In this document: positions 20,298 to 26,445 of the stretch, one piece after another | How the letters are laid out: each line of letters opens with the position of its first letter | Numbering within the stretch: the first letter of the stretch is position 1 | From: Azotobacter salinestris | GTDB taxonomy: Bacteria; Pseudomonadota; Gammaproteobacteria; Pseudomonadales; Pseudomonadaceae | NCBI RefSeq assembly: GCF_009363155.1 | Contig: NZ_CP045302.1 | Span: forward strand, 4,563,194 to 4,603,193 | Length of the DNA: 40,000 nucleotides | Direction: 5' to 3' | Translations under genes and position numbers: made by a program | The notes under the pieces: model-generated | What the model saw: the letters and a program-made list of their open reading frames with translations, nothing else | What the model was told of the DNA's origin: nothing | Databases searched by the model: none

Positions 20298-20644
20298 TGC
20301 CTTCCTCCAAGTTCGAGCCCAGCGGATCCGGGGATGCGTTCAACGATCTTCCAGGCCTCGCCAGGGTCGACGCGGGATGGCCCGACGTGGCGCAGCTTGG
20401 TGCCGTCGGGCAGTTCCAGGATGATTACGGGCCCTGCCAGCGTCTGGTCGCTGGTGTTGACGGCGGTCGCCACCGCCCAAGAATCGTGGGCGGTGTCCAT
20501 GATCTGCACGTTCCGCAGGGTTACGTCCGGCGCCGGCAGCTCGGCGCTTTGGGCCTCGTGGGTGGCCAGGGCGCCGGCGGCCAGGATAAGCAGGGTCGCG
20601 GTCGCGGCGACGCCTGCCGATTGCAGCATGTCGATCAGTTTCAT
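20294..20644 (-). CDS. secreted hypothetical protein (116 aa)
   Basis: Signal-peptide-like MKLIDMLQSAGVAATATLLILAAGALATHEAQS. ATGA overlap with the downstream gene. Weak RBS. Confidence 0.65.
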   Translation of the reverse strand: MKLIDMLQSAGVAATATLLILAAGALATHEAQSAELPAPDVTLRNVQIMDTAHDSWAVATAVNTSDQTLAGPVIILELPDGTKLRHVGPSRVDPGEAWKIVERIPGSAGLELGGRQ

Positions 20645-20683
20645 TGGGGGTCTCGTGGTTGCTGGGGTGGGTCGCGCGCGCAT

Positions 20684-21693
20684 GAGGAAGCCGCCTCGGG
20701 CGAGGTGGCTTTCTTATGAGTACGGAAGAGAGAGAAGGGGCGGCCGGTTACGCCGGCCAGGCGGTCACTCTGTCGACGCCTGCGTGACTACAGACTGATT
20801 CCGGTGGTTTGACTTCCGTGTCTTGCAGATTACTCAAACCGGCTGCGCGCCTTTCCGGGAACGAGATACCGGCGTGGCCACTTCGGAGGTGGCCGGCTGA
20901 CGCGGACGACATACCGATCTGCCGACGGCTTAGACTGACATGAGCATCTCTTGCAACTTCTCCCCCGGATTAGCTGGGGAGTGCTCAGTAAGCTAAGCCC
21001 TTGGATAGGGCCTCGCTATACCCTGCGGCGGGAAGGTCTTTCCCATAAGAGTAGGGTTGAGAAATGGCCGTCTTTCCGGCCTGTCCGTCAGCGCATCGCC
21101 GCGAAGCAATGAGGGCGCTAGCAATCGCTGACTGCTGCTGATGTTTCGGTCTCAGTCAGCGCAACCGGCCTGCTGTGTGACCGGCTACGGTCGACCGGCA
21201 ACAGGCAACCGGAGATTCGTGCCCGGTGCTTGGCACCCGCCCGGCGCGGGTTAAACGCTGACTGCTGGAGTCAGTTGCCCTCAGGGCAGATCAGAGGGGG
21301 ATGCTGGGGAAGCATCGGGGAGTGACCTGCGCTGGACCTAACGCCAACCTGGGTAACTCGACACTCTCGCCGGAGGCGAGCGTCTCATGCGTAGCTATCT
21401 CGCATGTCAGGTCACTCTCCGATGCCACCCGCTGGATGGATCGGCCCGTCTTTCCGGGGTCATCGCCTAACGCGGTCGACTACGGCCGTCTTTCCGGCTG
21501 TCAGATGCGAGCGGCATCGGTGGAGTGGTCTGGCCGGCGCTGATCTCCGGCTTCTTTCAAGGGCAGACTCTTTGGCTGGCTATCCTGGTTGCGAGTCTTA
21601 GCAATGCCGCTCGCGGATACGTCACAAATATCTGGCCACGCAGGAGCGCATCAGCCTGCGCATTCAGACCACTCCCCTGATGCCGCCCTGTCG
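20684..21693 (-). ncRNA. candidate large structured non-coding RNA, or another non-coding element, inside the early-left operon
   Basis: No minus-strand ORF of 60 codons or more in about 1 kb of roughly 60% GC DNA. At least ten perfect 5-8 bp stem-loops. CCGTCTTTCCGG occurs 3 times and CGCTGACTGCTG twice. Strand is inferred only from operon direction. Confidence 0.35.
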
Positions 21694-21954
21694 CTACTTG
21701 GTGCGGATGCCGGCGGCCTCGATGGCGGCGCGGAAGGCATGGTGCAGGCCGCTCAGCGCATAGAAGGCCTCCATGTCTTCCTCTTCGGCGCCTTCAAGCT
21801 CGGGCTGAGGGCATGGTGGCAGCTCCACCACCATCGCGGCGCGGGAGGCTTGCCAGCCGGCCCACATGGCACGCTTGATGAAGTCCGGCTCGCCGTCGTG
21901 TTTGCTGTCGATCCACCACGCCTCGAACTCCGCCCGTACCTTGTCTTGTTCCAT
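21694..21954 (-). CDS. hypothetical phage protein (86 aa)
   Basis: ATG 21954 with RBS AGGAGAG. Begins MEQDKVRAEFEAWW... Confidence 0.7.
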   Translation of the reverse strand: MEQDKVRAEFEAWWIDSKHDGEPDFIKRAMWAGWQASRAAMVVELPPCPQPELEGAEEEDMEAFYALSGLHHAFRAAIEAAGIRTK

Positions 21955-21997
21955 GTCTCTCTCCTGTGGGCGCCCCGTTGCCAGGGCGCGGTCGTGT

Positions 21998-22186
21998 TCA
22001 AGCTGCCTCGCATCCATTCCGCAATCCGGCCTGGTAGGCCTTCTTCATCTCGTTCAGGATCTGCAGGCAGTACTGGCCGTTCTCCTTGCGAAAGGTGCGG
22101 TAGCCCAGGGCGCGCATCTCGCGCTCGAAGTCCAGGGTTTCCGGGTCGGTGGGGCGATGGCTGTTGGTGATTGTGATAGAGGGCAT
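21998..22186 (-). CDS. hypothetical phage protein (62 aa)
   Basis: ATG 22186 with RBS AAGGAAA. Confidence 0.65.
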   Translation of the reverse strand: MPSITITNSHRPTDPETLDFEREMRALGYRTFRKENGQYCLQILNEMKKAYQAGLRNGCEAA

Positions 22187-22252
22187 GGGGGGTTTCCTTC
22201 TTCGGTTGGTTTTCCCGGATGCCACTGTCGCCAATGGCATCGAGGAAATCGC

Positions 22253-22495
22253 TCATGCCCCTTGTGCAGCCATTTCGCGCTCCCACGCACGAGTATCGTG
22301 CTGAAGGCGTAGCGCCTTCATGCTCCGGCCAATGGAGCCTGCAAGTTCTGGCTCGTCGTCATCGATTGCGTTGTTCTGCAAATCGCGCCATTCCAGGTAG
22401 GTGCCGACATCAATCCGAATGGCTTCTTTTGCGCGAAGAGCGTCGCAGGCTTTGCCTAGGTCTTGGGCGCGGTGCAAAGCTACTTTGGTCTTCAT
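22253..22495 (-). CDS. hypothetical phage protein (80 aa)
   Basis: ATG 22495 with RBS GAAGGAG. High GC3. Confidence 0.75.
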   Translation of the reverse strand: MKTKVALHRAQDLGKACDALRAKEAIRIDVGTYLEWRDLQNNAIDDDEPELAGSIGRSMKALRLQHDTRAWEREMAAQGA

Positions 22496-22709
22496 CCCTT
22501 GCTCCTTCTGCTGGTGGTTTCCCGGTGCGCCCTCGGGAGAAGGCGCAGCAGTGAAACTTCTGGTCTTTCTGGCCGGCGTTACTCGCCACCTCCGGCTGGG
22601 CGGTGATTTCTTTCCATACGTTTTCTGGTTTCGGCTGATGGGTTCCGGCCATACGGCACAACCAGGTGGGAGTCACCCACTCCAGATGCGTTAAGGCCGG
22701 CTTGGCCAT
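22410..22709 (-). CDS. questionable ORF in the lambda-N position (first ORF after PL/boxA)
   Basis: ATG 22709 follows the boxA-like element. No clear RBS. The 3' third overlaps the next gene by 86 nt, and GC3 falls there. No N-terminal arginine-rich motif. Confidence 0.3.
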   Translation of the reverse strand: MAKPALTHLEWVTPTWLCRMAGTHQPKPENVWKEITAQPEVASNAGQKDQKFHCCAFSRGRTGKPPAEGARDEDQSSFAPRPRPRQSLRRSSRKRSHSD

Positions 22710-22727
22710 CAGCTTTCAAGCATTCGG

Positions 22728-22740
22728 TTGTTAAAGAGCG
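22728..22740 (-). promoter_or_regulatory. boxA-like antitermination element (nutL-like)
   Basis: The minus-sense sequence reads CGCTCTTTAACAA, a 12/13 match to the rrn boxA TGCTCTTTAACAA. It lies about 55 nt downstream of the predicted PL start. Flanking small hairpins are GGCA-gcga-TGCC, CCGG-ttcg-CCGG and GCT-tgaa-AGC. Confidence 0.6.
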
Positions 22741-22800
22741 TTCCCGGCGAACCGGAGGCATCGCTGCCTGGCGAGGCGCTTGGTGCGCTTCGATGGGTAA

Positions 22801-22842
22801 AAAATACAAAACGTATTTCTAAAGGTCAATACGAAACGTATT
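22801..22842 (-). promoter_or_regulatory. PL promoter with two OL operators
   Basis: Minus-sense TTGACC, 17 nt, TATTTT. Two palindromes AATAC-N5-GTATT (22803..22817 and 22828..22842) overlap the -10 and -35. The same palindrome occurs at OR (26400..26414). Confidence 0.6.
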
Positions 22843-22862
22843 TTATTTTTCCGTGGCGTATT

Positions 22863-22884
22863 AAAAAGCCCGCACTCGGCGGGC
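22863..22884 (-). terminator. rho-independent terminator of the SOS-gene transcript
   Basis: GCCCGC-actcg-GCGGGC with an A5 run on the plus strand (U-run in minus sense). Confidence 0.65.
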
Positions 22885-22903
22885 TTCGTTGGATAGGGGC
22901 GGA

Positions 22904-23149
22904 TCAGTCAGAGGTAGGGGCTGTCCAGGTCAGATGTACGGCGCCGTCCTCGCGCTTGGCCATCGTTACTGATTCCTCGTCGGCGAGATCCTCAAGTAGC
23001 TGTTCCCAGGCGTCCAGGGGTTCCTCTGGCAGCCGGCTGACCAGGACACATCGGCTGGCCTGAGCCCTAGGACTGAGAATCTGCTTCTTGATTCGCAGGG
23101 CGAGGAGTTCATAGGGGGTTGGTGTGCGGGGTAGTGCTTTACGTGCCAT
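22904..23149 (-). CDS. small SOS-box-controlled protein, paralog 1 (81 aa)
   Basis: RBS AAGGAGA. Paralogous to 23321..23572 (YEL...RI.K.I.SP.AQ....V...RLP.EP.D.W...LE..A..E...............V.LTWT.P). LexA box lies 24 nt upstream. Confidence 0.75.
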   Translation of the reverse strand: MARKALPRTPTPYELLALRIKKQILSPRAQASRCVLVSRLPEEPLDAWEQLLEDLADEESVTMAKREDGAVHLTWTAPTSD

Positions 23150-23172
23150 ACAGTCGTCTCCTTACTGCTTCG

Positions 23173-23188
23173 CTGTATATCCATACAG
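23173..23188. promoter_or_regulatory. LexA SOS box
   Basis: CTGTATATCCATACAG is a perfect CTGT-N8-ACAG / CTGTAT-N4-ATACAG. It overlaps a candidate -10 (TACTGT), with TTGATC 17 nt upstream on the minus strand. Confidence 0.8.
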
Positions 23189-23320
23189 TAGTAATAACGA
23201 AGCGCTGGATCAAGGAGAAAAGCTATGGCGATTTGATGGTATGTAAACTTTTCGAGCAGGTTCTGAGGGCGGGAGAGACGAAAGCCCCGCGCTGGGCAGG
23301 CTTGAGGGGAGGGGGCGGTG

Positions 23321-23572
23321 CTACTCGGCCGGAACGGTCCAGGTAAGCCGGACGCCATCTCCGCCGACGTGCTGGACCTTGACGTTCTCGGCTTCCGCAA
23401 CCTCTTCGAGGAAGCGCGCCCAATCAGCCGCTGGCTCATCTGGCAGGCGGTGGACTGTCACGTCCCTGGCCTGCTGCGCCTTTGGCGAGTTGATGATCTT
23501 CTGGATGCGGGCGCCCATCAGCTCATAGCTGGACGGCTGGCGGACGGCGGTTTTCTTGGCTGGCTTGGCCAT
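23321..23572 (-). CDS. small SOS-box-controlled protein, paralog 2 (83 aa)
   Basis: Paralog of 22904..23149. LexA box lies 16 nt upstream of the ATG. Confidence 0.75.
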   Translation of the reverse strand: MAKPAKKTAVRQPSSYELMGARIQKIINSPKAQQARDVTVHRLPDEPAADWARFLEEVAEAENVKVQHVGGDGVRLTWTVPAE

Positions 23573-23587
23573 GCAGCTTACTCATTG

Positions 23588-23603
23588 CTGTATTTGTATA
23601 CAG
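23588..23603. promoter_or_regulatory. LexA SOS box
   Basis: CTGTATTTGTATACAG is a perfect CTGTAT-N4-ATACAG. It is fused to the candidate -10 TATACT on the minus strand. Confidence 0.8.
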
Positions 23604-23748
23604 TATAAGGGGTGCCAGGGGGAGAGGTGGAGTAGCTGCGGACGGCCGAAGGGCGTGAACCAGGTAGAGCTTTGAGCGCGTCGCTATGGCGCGGCTAAAG
23701 GCAGCTGCTACCTTTGGTTAATCGATTCTGCCAAGGAGGGTGACGACG

Positions 23749-24006
23749 ATGATCAACTCAATCCTTTCTCTTCTGCTCGCAGGTGGCCTGCTGACTACTG
23801 GTGGCTGTCTGGCCGCCATGAGTTCGCATGGCCAAGATCTGGATGCTTTAGACGATGATGAGCTGCTTGATGGCTTAGGCGATCTCACCCCCAGGGAGCG
23901 GAGGAGGCGCCTGGCGGTATACCGGCGGCGTGTGCGCGATCAGATCGCCGAGGAGCAGGAGATGGCTTGGGTACGGGCGCGGATTAAGGGGTACGTGGGG
24001 GACTGA
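23749..24006 (+). CDS. small exported or membrane-anchored protein (85 aa, possible lipoprotein)
   Basis: ATG 23749 lies 9 nt after AAGGAGG. Begins MINSILSLLLAGGLLTTGGC. The charged C-terminus is D/E/R-rich. The track GTG at 23740 has no spacer to the SD. Confidence 0.65.
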   Translation: MINSILSLLLAGGLLTTGGCLAAMSSHGQDLDALDDDELLDGLGDLTPRERRRRLAVYRRRVRDQIAEEQEMAWVRARIKGYVGD

Positions 24007-24010
24007 AACG

Positions 24011-24030
24011 AAAAGCCCCGCGCGGGGATT
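24011..24030. terminator. bidirectional terminator between convergent genes
   Basis: AAAA-GCCCCGCGCGGGG-ATT. In minus sense the hairpin is followed by CTTTTCGTTT. Confidence 0.65.
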
Positions 24031-24043
24031 GGATTGCTTAGCA

Positions 24044-24502
24044 TCAAAGTGATTTCCTGCAAATATTGATTATTATGGTGCTTATGGTCGCAACCTGAAT
24101 TACGCTGTTTGTTGCAAGCGAGAGTGCGGACCGCATAAATATCTCTGCGGAAGCTGATGCTAGAGTAAGTAGCGAGGCTCCAAATGTTAGCGCCAATGTA
24201 ATTATGCAGTAAAAGTAAATAATGAAGAAAATATCTAGGTATTTGTTATTTTTGTATTTTTTGAATGTCGTTGATTGTGAAAAGTTCAAAAGGATAGCGA
24301 TTACTGCAGCCAAGAACCCAAGCATTGTGAATGCGTAGGTTGCGAGTATTACGGCAACATTTGGCCTTTGTGCGAATAGGCTGACTGAGTTCTCAGGGGC
24401 TGAGCTTATAACGATTTTGTAAATCAGCAGCAAGATTGGCCCAGGTATGGACATCAGAAAAACGAAGAATACGGCTAAAGTCCACTTTGTTAGTTTGTCC
24501 AT
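24044..24502 (-). CDS. rexB: RexB-like four-helix membrane protein (152 aa)
   Basis: Four hydrophobic segments. AT-rich codon usage. Immediately downstream of the RexA-like gene in the cI operon position. From memory, size, topology and local similarity resemble lambda RexB (ILATYAFTMLGFLAAVIAIL vs LSSYAGTMIAILIAALTFL). Confidence 0.6.
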   Translation of the reverse strand: MDKLTKWTLAVFFVFLMSIPGPILLLIYKIVISSAPENSVSLFAQRPNVAVILATYAFTMLGFLAAVIAILLNFSQSTTFKKYKNNKYLDIFFIIYFYCIITLALTFGASLLTLASASAEIFMRSALSLATNSVIQVATISTIIINICRKSL

Positions 24503-25343
24503 TTTCTGTGAAGGCCTTTAGCTGTTCCTGTAGTTGGTTGTTTTCTCTAATTTTTTCCTCGATTATTCCGGGTATATCTTTTTCGTCACGAGATCCAAGG
24601 TCATCAGAAATCACTCCTTTCCCTGCTACGTAAATATCTAGCATAGCAGAAGATGCATCATTTTTTGCTTTGATCATAAACTTTTCAAGGCCATCGCTTG
24701 ATGTGGCCTCAACAACCTTTTCAATTAATGGCTTAATGCTGCGCATTCTTCTTGGCTTCAAAATAATCTCTATGGATTCCAGCTCTTCTGTGTCAGCTTC
24801 GCCAGTAAATACATTGAGAAAATGCTTGGCGAGAGTGTTTTTTTGTGTCACCTCGATGGTTGTTCTTCCTATGTATTCCATCTTGACGGCTTGTTCTTTG
24901 GTTGCCTGGTAAATCAATGGCTTAATGCAAAAGCTCCAGCTGCCATTTTCAGTATAGTTAAGGAGTTCATTTATTAGGTTTGTAAATGCATCGAATTTTG
25001 GGGAGAGTGACGTTGATGAAAACCCGAAGTAATATTCTTTGAGTATGATGTAAGAGGCAAAGCCAATTTTTTCGTCTTGCCCAAGTATTTTATTTATTTC
25101 GCTGATTGATAGGTTTGTGGTATTGATTTTTTTGAACTTCTCACTGTCACGCGTCATGATTAGCACGCAGACATTTCCTAGAAGCCTCTGTAGGTAGATG
25201 TGCTCGCCGTTGTGTCTAAAGCTGCCTTTGAATTGAGGGCTGTCAAATTCTGCAAATGAAGACAAAAATCCTGATAAGTCTATTAAGTGAGACTCGTTAG
25301 AGATTTTGTGTTGCAAGTAATATCCAAAATAGCTAATCTTCAT
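24393..25343 (-). CDS. rexA: RexA-like protein (316 aa)
   Basis: AT-rich ORF with RBS AAAGG. Co-linear motif matches to lambda RexA as I remember it: IDLSGFLSS/INLSVFLNS, KIGFASY/SLGFPSF, IKPL..(11)..YIGRTTIEV/IEPL..(11)..FIGRTTVKV, IEIILKPRRMRSIK/LDIVIKPKFKRDIK. The 3' end overlaps rexB-like by 110 nt. Confidence 0.65.
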   Translation of the reverse strand: MKISYFGYYLQHKISNESHLIDLSGFLSSFAEFDSPQFKGSFRHNGEHIYLQRLLGNVCVLIMTRDSEKFKKINTTNLSISEINKILGQDEKIGFASYIILKEYYFGFSSTSLSPKFDAFTNLINELLNYTENGSWSFCIKPLIYQATKEQAVKMEYIGRTTIEVTQKNTLAKHFLNVFTGEADTEELESIEIILKPRRMRSIKPLIEKVVEATSSDGLEKFMIKAKNDASSAMLDIYVAGKGVISDDLGSRDEKDIPGIIEEKIRENNQLQEQLKAFTENGQTNKVDFSRILRFSDVHTWANLAADLQNRYKLSP

Positions 25344-25433
25344 TTTGACCTTTTTTCATTAAAAGCTAACAAAGCTTATGTTTTGTGCGCGTAACTTTCT
25401 CGGGGTTGGTGTATTTTTTGTGACCTCTTTAAT

Positions 25434-25583
25434 TTATTTACATAAGCTCTCACACGGCACCCCATCCCCATCCCCATCCCCATTCCGATCCAGCCGGCCA
25501 TTCCCGCACTCGTTCAGGTGAAACTCAGCCCCTCCCAACTTCTCATCAGCAAGCGGGGCGGCGACGAACAGCTTTGATCGCAT
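25434..25583 (-). CDS. 49-aa micro-ORF with an Excalibur-type calcium-binding motif
   Basis: ATG 25583 preceded by AAGGAAG. Encodes ...ECGNGRLDRNGDGDGDGVPCESLCK. DGDGDGVPCE fits DxDxDGxxCE. The GDGDGDG run is encoded by the (CCCCAT)4 repeat. Below the track cutoff. Confidence 0.45.
   Translation of the reverse strand: MRSKLFVAAPLADEKLGGAEFHLNECGNGRLDRNGDGDGDGVPCESLCK
25460..25483. repeat. (CCCCAT)x4 hexamer repeat, which is (ATGGGG)x4 on the minus strand
   Basis: Perfect 4-unit tandem repeat at the GC-rich/AT-rich junction. Four G4 tracts in the minus-sense transcript. Confidence 0.9.
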
Positions 25584-25681
25584 AAGGCTTCCTTGCGTTG
25601 CTGATGGTTGTGCTGAGTTGGTTACATCCGGACCCCGCCCGGCGGCCCCCTACCCCCTGACCTTGCTCGGCGGGCAGGCGC

Positions 25682-26377
25682 TCAGAGCACGCCTTTTGGC
25701 GCCTTCATGTCGATAACTCGACCAATCACGTCCCAGTTGTCGTCCATCTCGACCTGCTTGAATTCCTTGTTCAGCGGGACCAGGTACTCGCGCCCGCCAT
25801 CGTAGATGTACTGCTTGAACGTCGTTTCGCCGTCGCGGTGCTTGGCGACGTAAAACTTGCCGCTGACCAGGTCGAATCCTTCCGGACGCACCAGAATCCG
25901 CGTTCCTTCGGGGAAGCTGGGAGAGCCAGGCGCGGTCATGGATGGGCCCTTGACGACCAGCCAGTAGCCGTCCTGCCCGGCGTTTTCTGTCGACGGCAGC
26001 CACTCTTCCGGTGCCTGACGGCTGAAGTTCTCCGGCGATTCTGCGCGCTGGCCGGCGATGACCCAACTGATCACCGGGTAGTCGCGCAGGCTGCGGGATG
26101 GCTGCAGCGCTAGCTCAACATTCTGGTGGCGCTGAGGGGGCTGCTGTATCGATAGCGCCTCAATCCCGAGTGCACTGAGCATTGCGTTGATGTCAGCCAG
26201 TCCAGGCTCACGGCGGCCATTCAACCAATGCGCGATTGCGCCTTGGGTTTTCCCAATACGTTCGGCCAGTTGGGCTTGGGTTACGCGCTGCTGCGCCATA
26301 GCGCTTCGCACGGCTTTGATCCATTCATCCATGGGCGAAATGCTACAGCCCGTATTAATTTGCGCAACGCACGGCAT
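25682..26377 (-). CDS. cI: lambda cI-like prophage repressor (HTH-XRE plus S24 LexA-like autopeptidase)
   Basis: HTH is QRVTQAQLAERIGKTQGAIAHWLNGRREP. The C-terminal domain WLVVKGPSMTAPGSPSFPEGTRILVRPEG...GETTFKQYIYDGGREYLVPLN is close to the lambda cI CTD (Ser in GPSM, Lys in TFKQ). An Ala-Gly is present (VIAGQ). Alternative start at ATG 26332. Confidence 0.92.
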   Translation of the reverse strand: MPCVAQINTGCSISPMDEWIKAVRSAMAQQRVTQAQLAERIGKTQGAIAHWLNGRREPGLADINAMLSALGIEALSIQQPPQRHQNVELALQPSRSLRDYPVISWVIAGQRAESPENFSRQAPEEWLPSTENAGQDGYWLVVKGPSMTAPGSPSFPEGTRILVRPEGFDLVSGKFYVAKHRDGETTFKQYIYDGGREYLVPLNKEFKQVEMDDNWDVIGRVIDMKAPKGVL

Positions 26378-26416
26378 GTATTAATCCTTGCATGTTATGA
26401 ATACGAAATGTATTTT
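26342..26416. promoter_or_regulatory. OR operator region with PR (and presumably PRM)
   Basis: Full palindrome AATACGAAATGTATT at 26400..26414. Half-sites GTATTAAT at 26352 and 26378. PR is TTGCAT (26388), 17 nt, TATTTT (26411). Confidence 0.6.
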
Positions 26417-26445
26417 TATGGGAGGCAAAAAACCGGAGAAATGCC

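Noticed and set aside
20684-21693. Interpretations of the 1-kb ORF-free region as a CRISPR array, tRNA cluster, retron msr/msd or hammerhead ribozyme
   Set aside because: The repeats are 12 nt and irregularly spaced, so it is not a repeat-spacer array. No T-loop (GTTCGAATC-type) or cloverleaf is present. No reverse transcriptase gene is nearby. The CTGATG strings (for example 21139..21144) lack the full CUGAUGA...GAAA core.
21301-22170. Plus-strand ORFs 21301..21543, 21404..21601 and 21589..22170
   Set aside because: They have no RBS, mutually overlapping frames and poor composition. The last one is antisense to three well-supported minus-strand genes.
22579-22809. 76-aa minus-strand ORF starting inside the OL/PL region
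   Set aside because: Its start codon lies upstream of the predicted transcription start and within the operator. It overlaps the boxA leader and has low coding character.
25460-25483. (CCCCAT)4 as a CRISPR-like or purely non-coding microsatellite
   Set aside because: It is a single short tandem repeat without spacers. It falls in frame in a small ORF encoding GDGDGDG of an Excalibur-like motif, and is reported as such with caveats.
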